Shown one piece after another: positions 48,953-58,873 of a DNA stretch of 64,000 nt. This DNA comes from Patescibacteria group bacterium. Lineage in GTDB: Bacteria; Patescibacteriota; Minisyncoccia; Phycocordibacterales; UBA918. The notes under the pieces were generated by a model that ran no database searches, had not been told where the DNA came from, and saw only the letters and a program-made list of their open reading frames with translations. Where the stretch lies: positions 43,003 through 107,002 of the forward strand of contig JBCCYW010000001.1 of the NCBI GenBank assembly GCA_039188945.1. Reading direction: 5' to 3'. The translations under genes and the position numbers were made by a program. Every line of letters begins with the position of its first letter. The first letter of the stretch is position 1.

Positions 48953-50647
48953 ATGCAACCGATCATTGACAATCTTGCCAATCCTGCAGTTTGCCTTTGG
49001 GAGCCAGCTCCTTACTTAATTGTTTCAGGAAACATTTGGGGTAATTTTATTTACTACTCACACTTGTTTCCATCTATTTCCGTATTGGTTATTGCCATCT
49101 TTGTGTTTTGGCACAACCCGAGAGGAAAGGCAGCTCAAGCGCTACTCTTACTAGCTACCGCATTCACCGCCTGGAGTCTGATCGATCTTGTTCTGTGGGC
49201 ATCTGAACGATCAGATCTGATTATGTTTTTCTGGTCAATCCTCATTCATTTTGACCTACTCATCTACGTTTCGGCTTTCTATTTTGTTCACGCCTTTATG
49301 ACCAACCGATGGCCGAATTGGCAGAGTGAATTACTGATCGCGCTTCTTTTTGTCCCCTTAGTATTATTTGCTCACACCAGCCTCAATCTGACCGCTTTCG
49401 ATTTCACCAATTGCTGGCGCGAAGCTCTAGAAGGACCATTATGGCAATTTTACGTATATAATGCCGAACTATTCATAGCAGCCTGGATCTTAGTCTTTGC
49501 TATCCTCCAAATCAGAAAACAAGAAGACCAAATCAAGAAACAAGAATTTGTCTTAACCACTGTCGGTATTCTTGCATTCCTGTTTTCTTTCTCACTAGGA
49601 AATATCCTCGGGAGCTTAGGAACAGACTGGGAGCTTGGTCAGTATGGACTATTTGGAATGCCAATTTTCGTTGCTTTTCTTACGTACTTAATGGTGCGAT
49701 ATCAGGCCTTCAGAGCAAAAATTCTTGCTACTGAAGCTCTCATTGCCGGCTTGGGTATTCTCATTATTTCATTAATGTTCGTGAGGAAGATCGAAAACGT
49801 ACAAGCAATTGCTCTTGTAACTTTGCTACTTACAATTGCGCTGGGAATATTGCTAGTACGAAGTGTCAGAAAAGAAATCCAGCAGCGTGAAGAAATTGAA
49901 GGTTTAGCATTGCGCCTAGATAAGGCTAATTCAAAACTAAAAGCGCTTGATAAGTTGAAGTCAGAATTTGTCTCAATTGCCTCGCACCAACTACGTAGTC
50001 CACTTACGGCAATCCGGGGCTATGCAGCTATGCTTGTCGAGGGTTCATACGGAAAAGTACCTGAAAAAGCTGCTGAACCATTGCGACGAATCGAAGCTTC
50101 AGCTCACAATATGGCTCTCTCAGTAGAAGACTACTTGAATGTCTCTCGGATTGAGTCGGGCAACATGAAATACAGCTACACTGACTTCAATTTGAAAGAC
50201 TTGGCTGAGACTATTACTGATGACATCCGCCCGCAAGCCATGAAGAAAACCCTAGTAATGTCTTTCAAGTCTGATATGAACGGTAAGGGGGTAGTGCATG
50301 CTGACCAAGGAAAAGTGCAGCAGATTCTTCACAATCTTATTAATAACGCACTCAAGTACACACCAAAAGGTACCATTACCGTCTTCGCTCATGATGATAA
50401 GAAGAAAAAGAAGATGTACATCGAAATTATTGACACGGGTGTTGGTATGGAACCAGACACGATCGAACATCTCTTCGATAAATTTGAACGAGCGAAAGAC
50501 GCCAGTCAGGTAAATCAGGGTGGGGCCGGACTTGGGCTTTTTGTCGCTCGCAAGATGGCACAAGCGATGAAAGGTGATGTGACTGCCCATTCTAAAGGAA
50601 AAGGAGAGGGCTCTCACTTTATCCTCGAACTCCCACTGGCAATGTAG
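48953..50647 (+). CDS. Sensor histidine kinase with N-terminal 7TM region
   Basis: SHQLRSPL H-box, NLINNALKY, DTGVG, GAGLGL. Confidence 0.92.
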   Translation: MQPIIDNLANPAVCLWEPAPYLIVSGNIWGNFIYYSHLFPSISVLVIAIFVFWHNPRGKAAQALLLLATAFTAWSLIDLVLWASERSDLIMFFWSILIHFDLLIYVSAFYFVHAFMTNRWPNWQSELLIALLFVPLVLFAHTSLNLTAFDFTNCWREALEGPLWQFYVYNAELFIAAWILVFAILQIRKQEDQIKKQEFVLTTVGILAFLFSFSLGNILGSLGTDWELGQYGLFGMPIFVAFLTYLMVRYQAFRAKILATEALIAGLGILIISLMFVRKIENVQAIALVTLLLTIALGILLVRSVRKEIQQREEIEGLALRLDKANSKLKALDKLKSEFVSIASHQLRSPLTAIRGYAAMLVEGSYGKVPEKAAEPLRRIEASAHNMALSVEDYLNVSRIESGNMKYSYTDFNLKDLAETITDDIRPQAMKKTLVMSFKSDMNGKGVVHADQGKVQQILHNLINNALKYTPKGTITVFAHDDKKKKKMYIEIIDTGVGMEPDTIEHLFDKFERAKDASQVNQGGAGLGLFVARKMAQAMKGDVTAHSKGKGEGSHFILELPLAM

Positions 50648-50694
50648 TCATTTCGCGTTGAAAAGAAAGTGTTTTCTGATACTATTAGCTGGTT

Positions 50695-51693
50695 ATGAGT
50701 AGCGAAAAGAAACGACTGCTTTCTGGTGTCAAACCAACTGGCAAGCTCCATGTGGGGAACTATTTTGGTGCTATGAAGCAGTTTGTAGACCTGCAGGACG
50801 AGTTTGAGTCGTTTATTTTCGTTGCCGACATTCACTCCTTAAACCGCCTCCAACATCTTGGTGCAGACAACAACGCTCGCCAGGAGCAGCTCGATAATAC
50901 CTTTCATGTCATTTGTGGCTACCTAGCAATTGGCATCGACCCAGAGAAGACCGTGCTCTTTAAGCAATCAGATGTTTTGGCTCATCCGTACGTTGGTTGG
51001 ATCTTCAATGCACTCACCAGCATGCCGTACCTCATGCGCGCACACGCCTTTAAAGATGCTGAAGCCAAGAGTAAAGAAATCTCAGTCGGAACCTTTGTGT
51101 ACCCAATGCTCATGGCTTCAGACATTCTGCTTTATGACCCAGATGTGGTGCCAGTCGGAAAAGATCAAAAACAGCACATTGAGTACGCTCGTGATACCGC
51201 ACAAAAGTTCAATCGTATCTTTGGCGATACCTTTAAGCTACCAGAAGAGAAAATCATTGATTCGGTAGAGTCAGTCCCTGGCTTGGACGGCCAGAAGATG
51301 TCGAAATCGTACTTTAATACCCTGCCGCTCTTTGCTGACAAAGAAGATACCAAGAAATTAATCATGTCGGCTGCAATGGATAGCAAAGACATCAACGAAA
51401 CCAAGAATCCAGACGACTATCCAATCTATAAAATCTATAAGTTATTTGCTTCAGAGGAGGAAAATAATGCCATGCGGGCGAATTTTGAAAATGGTGGAGT
51501 AGGGTATGGCGAGATCAAACAAGAAATTGCTGAGAAGATAAACAACGAGCTCCAACCAATGCGCGATCGCTACAATGAATTCAGTAATAATCCCGACCTC
51601 GTGACAAAGATTCTCAAGGACGGTGCTGACAAGGCCAATGCAGTAGCAAATCAAAAACTAGAAATTATTAAAGATAGAGTAGGACTGCAATAG
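50695..51693 (+). CDS. trpS: Tryptophan--tRNA ligase
   Basis: SGVKPTGKLHVGN, YPMLMASDI, VPVGKDQKQH, KMSKS. Confidence 0.96.
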   Translation: MSSEKKRLLSGVKPTGKLHVGNYFGAMKQFVDLQDEFESFIFVADIHSLNRLQHLGADNNARQEQLDNTFHVICGYLAIGIDPEKTVLFKQSDVLAHPYVGWIFNALTSMPYLMRAHAFKDAEAKSKEISVGTFVYPMLMASDILLYDPDVVPVGKDQKQHIEYARDTAQKFNRIFGDTFKLPEEKIIDSVESVPGLDGQKMSKSYFNTLPLFADKEDTKKLIMSAAMDSKDINETKNPDDYPIYKIYKLFASEEENNAMRANFENGGVGYGEIKQEIAEKINNELQPMRDRYNEFSNNPDLVTKILKDGADKANAVANQKLEIIKDRVGLQ

Positions 51694-51695
51694 CT

Positions 51696-51929
51696 ATGAC
51701 ATACTCGTTGAAAATTTTTATTGGTGGACAACCTGGTTACTATCAATACGAAATAGGTAAAGACAAAGACCAGGCACTGGAACACTTTAGTAATGTGATC
51801 AGGGATAGATACCGCAGAGTGAACGAGCGCGGACAACTCGTACACCACATGCCTCGGACTATCGATAAAGTAGTATTGGATGGGCCAGATATTTCAACCG
51901 ATTATCCAGATCAGAATGTAACAACATAG
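51696..51929 (+). CDS. Small hypothetical protein between trpS and aspS
   Basis: 77 aa, 2-nt spacers on both sides. Confidence 0.65.
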   Translation: MTYSLKIFIGGQPGYYQYEIGKDKDQALEHFSNVIRDRYRRVNERGQLVHHMPRTIDKVVLDGPDISTDYPDQNVTT

Positions 51930-51931
51930 CC

Positions 51932-53296
51932 ATGGAACGAACACTAATACAAAACCTCAAAACAGAAACCGGTAAAGAAGTAACCATTAACGCTTGGGTG
52001 GATGTAGCACGTAACCAAGGCAAGGTGGCGTTCTTTGATTTTCGAGATCGCTCTGGGAAGGTGCAGGGAGTGGTGTTTGGTAAACCCGAAGTGCTGGAAG
52101 TAGCAAAAACCCTTCGTCCCGAGTGGGCAGTGGCGGTGGCAGGGATCGTGAAAGAACGTGACGCTAAGCAGGTAAATGAAAAGATCCAAAACGGTGATAT
52201 AGAACTCGAGATCACTGGTATTACAGTACTCAACCAAGCGATGGAATTGCCGTTTGCCATGGACGCCGACCTCAACCTCGAAACCATTCTCGACAACCGC
52301 CCGCTCACTATCAAAACCACCCGAGCCAATGCCATCTTCACGATCCAGGCTGCAATCACAAAATGCTACGGGGATTTCCTGCGATCAGAAGGTTTTATTG
52401 AATTCCAAGCTCCAAAGCTCGTTGGTGGTGACGCTGAAGGGGGTGCTGACGTCTTTAAGCTTGAATACTTTAAAGACCGAGTGGCTTATTTGGCTTCAAG
52501 TCCACAACTGTACAAGCAAATCATGGTGGGTGGTTTTGAGAGAGTGTTCTCATTTGCAACCGCCTTCCGCGCTGAGAAGAGTGCCACTAGTCGTCATCTC
52601 AGTGAATACACCTCGCTCGATATGGAGATGGGCTTTATCACTGACCATCTCGATGTGATGCGAGTTGAGACCGCTCTCATGCGCCACATTACCGAATACA
52701 TTAAGGAACATCATCAAGTTGAGCTCGACATCCTTGGCACCGAAGTGCCGCTCGTACCAGAAGGTGACTTGTTCCCACACATGAAACTACATGAAGCCCA
52801 GGAATTAATTAAAGAAAAAACTGGCCAAGATAAGGTTGGTGATCCTGATCTTGAACCAGAAGATGAGCGCTGGTTGTGCGATTACGCAAAGGAAGAACTC
52901 GGTAGTGACTTTATCTTTATTACGCACTACCCAGTCAGCAAGCGGCCCTTCTACACCTACGAAGACGAGAATGATCCTGGCTTCACAAAAAGTTTTGACC
53001 TCTTGTTCCGTGGGGTCGAAATCACCACTGGCGGACAGCGCGTTCATGATATTGAAGTTCTAAAGCAAAACGCCGAAAAGAAAGGACTTGATCCGGAGAA
53101 GTTCTCGTTCTACCTCCAAGCGTTTCAATACGGTATTCCACCACACGGTGGATGGGGGATGGGCTTAGAACGCCTTACCCAAAAATTCTGTGGCGTCCAG
53201 AACGTGAAAGAAGCCACTCTCTTCCCACGAGACATTAACCGTATTGACTCTTTGCTTTCTAGAGGAGAAACAAAAGCAGAAGAAGGCTCTGAGTAG
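51932..53296 (+). CDS. aspS: Aspartate--tRNA(Asp/Asn) ligase, archaeal-type non-discriminating
   Basis: OB fold, SPQLYKQ, FRAE...RHL.EY, GGQR.H, YGIPPHGG.G.GLER; 454 aa, no GAD insert. Confidence 0.9.
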   Translation: MERTLIQNLKTETGKEVTINAWVDVARNQGKVAFFDFRDRSGKVQGVVFGKPEVLEVAKTLRPEWAVAVAGIVKERDAKQVNEKIQNGDIELEITGITVLNQAMELPFAMDADLNLETILDNRPLTIKTTRANAIFTIQAAITKCYGDFLRSEGFIEFQAPKLVGGDAEGGADVFKLEYFKDRVAYLASSPQLYKQIMVGGFERVFSFATAFRAEKSATSRHLSEYTSLDMEMGFITDHLDVMRVETALMRHITEYIKEHHQVELDILGTEVPLVPEGDLFPHMKLHEAQELIKEKTGQDKVGDPDLEPEDERWLCDYAKEELGSDFIFITHYPVSKRPFYTYEDENDPGFTKSFDLLFRGVEITTGGQRVHDIEVLKQNAEKKGLDPEKFSFYLQAFQYGIPPHGGWGMGLERLTQKFCGVQNVKEATLFPRDINRIDSLLSRGETKAEEGSE

Positions 53297-53298
53297 AC

Positions 53299-53377
53299 GG
53301 AACAAGGGGTGTCATTTCTCAGCGCGCTCCAGGCCGCTAGGCCAAGTCTAACCCTTCAAAATGACACCCCTCATTCC
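53299..53377. repeat. Long inverted repeat enclosing a 41-nt loop
   Basis: AGGGGTGTCATTT (53305-53317) / AAATGACACCCCT (53359-53371) plus GGAA/TTCC. Confidence 0.65.
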
Positions 53378-53395
53378 AGACTAAATCCATAATTG

Positions 53396-54805
53396 ATGAA
53401 ATTAAGCACAACCACAAAAAGCCTCGATCAAGTAGCGAAAAAGTACTGTCGACTGATCGTCACTGAAGACGCGCCGAACGTACATCGATTGGTTGAGACC
53501 AAAGACGGCACACTGGAATATCGCCTAGGAGCAGGGAAGTGGAAACAAATGACTCCACGTAAATTCAGGTTATTTTTGCGCAGCATTGTGCAAGCTGCCA
53601 AAAGCCACCAGATTGAGTACCTAGCAATACAAATTCAATGGCCATTGTTTCCAAAACTCGAGAAAACATATGGTTTGGAATGGGTATATGCAACTGTAGC
53701 TGAAAATCTTTTACTGGCAGCGTATGAATTCACTGCTTACAAAAGCAAAAAAACTGACAAAAAACAACTTAAAGAAATCCTCATCTGTGGTGGCCTCAAC
53801 AAAGAAGCTGAGGCTGGTTTTAAGCGAGGGCAAGTTGTGGGCCATTACACAAACCTCACTCGAGACATTGCCAATACTCCGGGTGAAGACATGACCCCAA
53901 ACAAGCTGGCAGCTGCTGCCAAGAAAGCCGTGACTGGCACCAAAGCAAAAGTAACAGTGCTCGATCATAAGAAAATAAAATCCCTTAAAATGGGTCTGCT
54001 TGATGCAGTAGGGAAGGGAGCAAGTGATAAACCGCGCCTGATCCGTATCGACTACTCAGGTGGAATGAAGTCTGAGCAACCGATTGTGCTGATTGGTAAG
54101 GGTATTACTTACGACACTGGTGGAATTAATCTGAAACCAACCGGAGCTCTCCATGAGATGCACATGGATATGTCAGGTGGAGCAGCTGTAATTGGTGCCA
54201 TTGCTGCAATTGCCAAACTTGGACTCAAGAAAAATGTCATCGCTCTTATTCCTGCAGCAGAGAACTCAATCTCAGATAAAGCTATGCGTACTGGAGATAT
54301 TCTTACTTCAATGTCTGGAAAGACAGTTGAGGTTCTAAACACTGATGCAGAAGGACGTCTTGTGCTAGCAGATGCTTTGACCTACACCGAAAAACACCTG
54401 AATCCCAAAGCAATCGTTGATTGCGCTACGCTTACTGGCGCTGCTCTGGTAGCCCTAGGTCAGCGCGCGAATGCCGTGATGACGCCCAATAAAAAACTAC
54501 AATCAGATCTCGAGAGACTGGGCGAAGAAAGTGGTGATCTAACTTGGCCATTGCCTTTATGGGACGAATATAAAGAAGGACTTACCAGCAGCAGAGCTGA
54601 TCACACAAATATGTCTGGTCCAGCTGACCGCCTAGGAGGTTCCGTGGTAGCTGGAGCGTTTTTAGCACTCTTCGCTCCCAAGAACATCCCATGGGCTCAC
54701 ATCGATATAGCCCCACGCATGGTAAGCATTCCAAGCGACAAATTAGCCAAAGGAGCAGCCGGTGAACCGGTTCGCTTATTGGTGAAGTTTGTTGAAAGCC
54801 ACTAG
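53396..54805 (+). CDS. pepA: Leucyl aminopeptidase (M17)
   Basis: GKGITYDTGG, DMSG, NTDAEGRLVLAD, ATLTGA. Confidence 0.94.
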   Translation: MKLSTTTKSLDQVAKKYCRLIVTEDAPNVHRLVETKDGTLEYRLGAGKWKQMTPRKFRLFLRSIVQAAKSHQIEYLAIQIQWPLFPKLEKTYGLEWVYATVAENLLLAAYEFTAYKSKKTDKKQLKEILICGGLNKEAEAGFKRGQVVGHYTNLTRDIANTPGEDMTPNKLAAAAKKAVTGTKAKVTVLDHKKIKSLKMGLLDAVGKGASDKPRLIRIDYSGGMKSEQPIVLIGKGITYDTGGINLKPTGALHEMHMDMSGGAAVIGAIAAIAKLGLKKNVIALIPAAENSISDKAMRTGDILTSMSGKTVEVLNTDAEGRLVLADALTYTEKHLNPKAIVDCATLTGAALVALGQRANAVMTPNKKLQSDLERLGEESGDLTWPLPLWDEYKEGLTSSRADHTNMSGPADRLGGSVVAGAFLALFAPKNIPWAHIDIAPRMVSIPSDKLAKGAAGEPVRLLVKFVESH

Positions 54806-54810
54806 ACACC

Positions 54811-55440
54811 ATGACAGTTGAGCAGATCCAAAAGCAAATACTCACTTCAGACGAATTTGTATTAGAGGAAGTTGCTAAATTGCAATACCTTTATGGTTTA
54901 AAAAACGAAATCAGGTGGGACAGCTCAAGGACTGAAGAAGTGAACACTGAATCTGTAGGTGAGCACATTTACGGGATGATCGTCATCGCAAATTATTTTC
55001 TGCTTCTAGAAAACCCTCAGGGGGACTGGGATATAAAGCGCATCTACGACATGATTGCTTGGCATGATATTGATGAGATTGAGACTGGAGATACACTTGG
55101 TTGGAAAAAAACACAGAAAGTTCGTGACGAGGAAATTAATGCCATGAAGCGAGTTATCGCAAATGCTCCACATCATCTGCAAAATAGTATGGTAACCGCA
55201 ATTGAAGAGTATGAAGCACAGGTTACACCAGAATCTCGCTTTACCAGAGCAATTGATAAAATTGAATCAACGATTGAAATTTTTAATGAAAACGGGAAAT
55301 TTGTACTACTACGAAATCAAACCAAGCTGGAGCACCATCGTGCCTGCAAAGATAAGTATTTTGTTGATTTTCCTATTATCCATCACGTAAACGAAGTAAT
55401 TACACAGCAGATGATCAAGAACGGATACTTCTTTGATTAG
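54811..55440 (+). CDS. HD-domain phosphohydrolase (YfbR/HDDC2-like)
   Basis: LK...R, ESVGEH, HDIDEIETGD, DKIE. Confidence 0.82.
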   Translation: MTVEQIQKQILTSDEFVLEEVAKLQYLYGLKNEIRWDSSRTEEVNTESVGEHIYGMIVIANYFLLLENPQGDWDIKRIYDMIAWHDIDEIETGDTLGWKKTQKVRDEEINAMKRVIANAPHHLQNSMVTAIEEYEAQVTPESRFTRAIDKIESTIEIFNENGKFVLLRNQTKLEHHRACKDKYFVDFPIIHHVNEVITQQMIKNGYFFD

Positions 55441-55457
55441 CGTGCTACCATGGACAG

Positions 55458-56198
55458 GTGAGCACCGCTACTAACCTAAATTTCTCCATTAAAACCGAGG
55501 TGTTTGAAGGACCGCTTGAGCTGTTGTTGGAGCTCGTGGAGCGGCGAAAATTTCTGATTAACGACATCTCGCTCGCTTCGGTTACTGACGAGTACATGCA
55601 GTACGTTAGTGATATGCAAGAGGAATCGCTGCCGAACACCTCTCGCTTTGTCGCTTTAGCCGCCACGTTACTGCTCCTCAAGTCAAAATCACTGCTGCCA
55701 GTGCTTGAGCTAACCCAAGACGAAGAGGAAAGTATTGATAACCTTGAAGAACGATTACGGCTGTATCAAATCTACCGCGATGCCGCCAAAAATTTAATGA
55801 ATCAATTTGGGCAAACCATGCTGTATGAGCCTCTATTTGCTCCACCGAAAGAACCGCTCTTTCTGCCTGATAGTTTGTGCACCGTGGAGGTACTCCATGC
55901 AGCCATTGGTGAAGTGGTTGTCCAATTACCTAAAACCGAAGAAAAGCCAAAAGCTCGAGTGCGACCAACCATTTCGCTCGAAGAAATGATCGATAAGTTG
56001 CAACACCGAATTGAGCAGCAAATGAAAACACGTTTCTCAGAGCTGAAACAAGAGGTAACCGAGCACAAAGAAGTAATTGTCGGCTTTTTAGCGATTTTAG
56101 AGCTCGTGAAGCAGGGGAATGTGCTGGTAAAGCAAATCAGTCGCTTTGATGATATTGAAATCGAGGTCGAGCAGACCGGAGTACCAAACTACCATTAG
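55458..56198 (+). CDS. scpA: Segregation/condensation protein A
   Basis: FEGPLELLL, KSKSLLP, FLAILEL. Confidence 0.93.
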   Translation: MSTATNLNFSIKTEVFEGPLELLLELVERRKFLINDISLASVTDEYMQYVSDMQEESLPNTSRFVALAATLLLLKSKSLLPVLELTQDEEESIDNLEERLRLYQIYRDAAKNLMNQFGQTMLYEPLFAPPKEPLFLPDSLCTVEVLHAAIGEVVVQLPKTEEKPKARVRPTISLEEMIDKLQHRIEQQMKTRFSELKQEVTEHKEVIVGFLAILELVKQGNVLVKQISRFDDIEIEVEQTGVPNYH

Positions 56199-56247
56199 TG
56201 TCGATAATTTGACTGAAAAATAAGGCTATTTCTGCTAAAATGCTGGC

Positions 56248-56784
56248 ATGGGACTCGATGTCTATATCGAAGGGCTACTTTTTTATAAAGCCGTACCAAT
56301 GAAAAAAGCTGCCGTAGCGAAAGCTTTGGGAGTGAAGTTGGAGGAGGTTAGCGCCGGTGTTGCGGCGCTGAAAGCGCGTCTCAACACCGGCGCTCTCCGA
56401 CTCCTTGAAACCGACGACACTCTACAGCTCGTGACCGCACCCGAATTGAGTCATTTTATGGAAGGAGTACAGAAAGATGAGATCCGCGGTGATATCGGTA
56501 AAGCAGGAGCTGAAACACTAGCAATCATTTTATATCGCGGTCCGGTTACTCGAGCAGAGATTGATTCTATTCGTGGCGTGAATTCATCCTACATCTTACG
56601 CAACCTGCTTATCCGCGGCTTGATCGAGCGCAGCAGCACCAAGAGCGGGGGAGGATATGCCTTTTCAGTCTCGCCACCACTCTTGCAACATCTTGGTGTC
56701 ACTGAGAAACAACACTTACCTGATTACGCTAGAATTCTAGATCAACTTGAAGCTTTTGAGACTGCACAGCAAGCAGAAACATAA
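56248..56784 (+). CDS. scpB: Segregation/condensation protein B
   Basis: ETLAIILY..PVTRAEID.IRGVNS. Confidence 0.93.
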   Translation: MGLDVYIEGLLFYKAVPMKKAAVAKALGVKLEEVSAGVAALKARLNTGALRLLETDDTLQLVTAPELSHFMEGVQKDEIRGDIGKAGAETLAIILYRGPVTRAEIDSIRGVNSSYILRNLLIRGLIERSSTKSGGGYAFSVSPPLLQHLGVTEKQHLPDYARILDQLEAFETAQQAET

Positions 56785-56786
56785 TT

Positions 56787-57797
56787 ATGGCCAAACCAGA
56801 AGACAGCGTAGACATTATAGATCCAGTTACCACGCCAGCGTATGAAGAGCGCAAATTTCCTGTGTTCCAACAACTCTTTCTCCTCTTGCTTGTGCTCGGC
56901 CTTGTATTTGGTGGAGCCTATGTGCCACAACTACTTCGTGACGTTTCTGATGAGCAAACGGCAACACCAATTAAGCCATTACCTCCGATAGAAAATGTAG
57001 AGGCTATTTCTGAGCTACCTGAGCTACCAATTCAGGCACGTATGGCCTATGTGTGGGATGTTCGAGAACAACGGGCTTTGTATAGTAAAAATCCAGATGA
57101 CGTGTGGCCACTAGCTTCGATTACCAAACTCATGACCGCTCTGGTTGCTTACGAACTCATCGAGAGTGAGAAAGATGTTGCTTTAAGTCTTGAAGCCATC
57201 AGGCAAGATGGTAATAGTGGCCTTATTGATGGCGAGCGATTTAGCTTGAGTACCCTAAGCGACTTTGCCCTCGTCACCTCATCGAACGATGCTGCCTATG
57301 CAATGGCACAGACCGCAGGCGCACTTCTGAGTAACGGTAATCATACTGAAGCGTTTGTGGCTGGGATGAACATCCGGGCTGATGAGCTCGGGTTGATGAA
57401 TACTAACTTCCGTAACCCAACTGGTTTGGATGTTAATGAAACCGAGGCGGGCGCTATGGGTACCGCGCGTGACGTCACGTTTCTTATGGAATATATCTTA
57501 AAAGAGCATCCAGAAATCCTTGAAGCCACCCAGAAGACGTATGATCGAGTCTACAACCAGGATGGGGCGTACCATGGTTCAGAGAACACCAATGCCTTGG
57601 CTGCTGATATTCCTAACTTAATTGGCTCCAAAACCGGCTATACCGACCTGGCTGGTGGTAATTTGGTGGTTGCTTATGATACCGGGCTCAATCGCCCGAT
57701 TATCGTTACCGTACTGGGTTCTTCTCGTAATGGTCGCTTCCAGGATGTAAAAACAATCATCGATGCCGTGAGCGACGGCTACAGCCTTAAAGAGTAG
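56787..57797 (+). CDS. dacA: D-Ala-D-Ala carboxypeptidase (S11)
   Basis: ASITKLMT (SxxK), SSND, NPTGL, KTG. Confidence 0.88.
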   Translation: MAKPEDSVDIIDPVTTPAYEERKFPVFQQLFLLLLVLGLVFGGAYVPQLLRDVSDEQTATPIKPLPPIENVEAISELPELPIQARMAYVWDVREQRALYSKNPDDVWPLASITKLMTALVAYELIESEKDVALSLEAIRQDGNSGLIDGERFSLSTLSDFALVTSSNDAAYAMAQTAGALLSNGNHTEAFVAGMNIRADELGLMNTNFRNPTGLDVNETEAGAMGTARDVTFLMEYILKEHPEILEATQKTYDRVYNQDGAYHGSENTNALAADIPNLIGSKTGYTDLAGGNLVVAYDTGLNRPIIVTVLGSSRNGRFQDVKTIIDAVSDGYSLKE

Positions 57798-57799
57798 TT

Positions 57800-58870
57800 A
57801 TGGAAACCGAAATCATCAAATTGCTTGTACCCGCCATCTTGGCGTTTATCGTCGGGATCGCAATTACACCAGCCATCACACACTTCCTCTACAAGCATGA
57901 GATGTGGAAGAAGAAAGCTGGCAAAGGCACTGGGTATGGTGGCGGGGGAACTCCAATCTTTGATCAACTCCATAAAGAAAAAGATACCAATACACCCCGG
58001 ATGGGAGGATTGGTGATCTGGGTTGCGTTATTAATTACGATCGTGCTCTTAGCAGGTCTGGACTTCCTATTTCCAAATTCTCTAGTTGGCCAACTCGATT
58101 TCTTGAGTCGCTCGCAAACTTGGATCCCACTCTTTACTCTCCTGGTCGGCGCAGTGGTTGGGTTTCTTGACGATTACTTAGAAGTGAAAGGTCTCGGCAA
58201 ACACTTCGCTGGTGGGTTACCGCTATCACAGCGGATGCTGGTGGTTCTGCTCACCTCAAGTTTTATTGCTTGGTGGTTTTACGAAAAACTTGAGGTGTCG
58301 AGCATTAGCTTCTTTATGGAGACGATTGAACTCGGGGTCTGGTTTATTCCGTTCTTCTTACTTGTTTCGGTCTGTATCTACATGAGTAGTGTGATTGATG
58401 GTATAGACGGTCTCTCCGGAGGGGTCTTTGTATTTATCTTTGGCGCTTATACGTTTATTGCTTTCTCTCAGAGCCAATTCGATCTGGCAGCTTTTTGTGC
58501 CGCTCTCGTTGGCGCTACTTTGGCGTTCTTGTGGTTCAACGTACCACCGGCTCGGTTTTACATGACCGAGACTGGTGTTATGGCGCTTACCATGACGATT
58601 ACGGTAGTTGCGTTCATGACTGACACGCTGGGTGATGGGGAAGGACTGACAGTCTTGCCTATTATCGGTTTCTTACTAGTAGCAACTGTAGCTGGTAATA
58701 CTATCCAGATTCTCTCGAAGAAATTGTTGGGGCGAAAGGTCTTCTTAGTAGCACCGATTCACCATCACTTTGAAGCACTAGGCTGGCCGGGGCATAAAGT
58801 TACGATGCGATACTGGATCATTGGGCTGATTTGCGCGGTTATTGGGATTGTTATTGCAGCCGCCATCTAG
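57800..58870 (+). CDS. mraY: Phospho-N-acetylmuramoyl-pentapeptide transferase
   Basis: TPRMGG, GFLDD, DGIDGL, FLWFN..PA, APIHHHFE. Confidence 0.95.
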   Translation: METEIIKLLVPAILAFIVGIAITPAITHFLYKHEMWKKKAGKGTGYGGGGTPIFDQLHKEKDTNTPRMGGLVIWVALLITIVLLAGLDFLFPNSLVGQLDFLSRSQTWIPLFTLLVGAVVGFLDDYLEVKGLGKHFAGGLPLSQRMLVVLLTSSFIAWWFYEKLEVSSISFFMETIELGVWFIPFFLLVSVCIYMSSVIDGIDGLSGGVFVFIFGAYTFIAFSQSQFDLAAFCAALVGATLAFLWFNVPPARFYMTETGVMALTMTITVVAFMTDTLGDGEGLTVLPIIGFLLVATVAGNTIQILSKKLLGRKVFLVAPIHHHFEALGWPGHKVTMRYWIIGLICAVIGIVIAAAI

Positions 58871-58873
58871 GCT

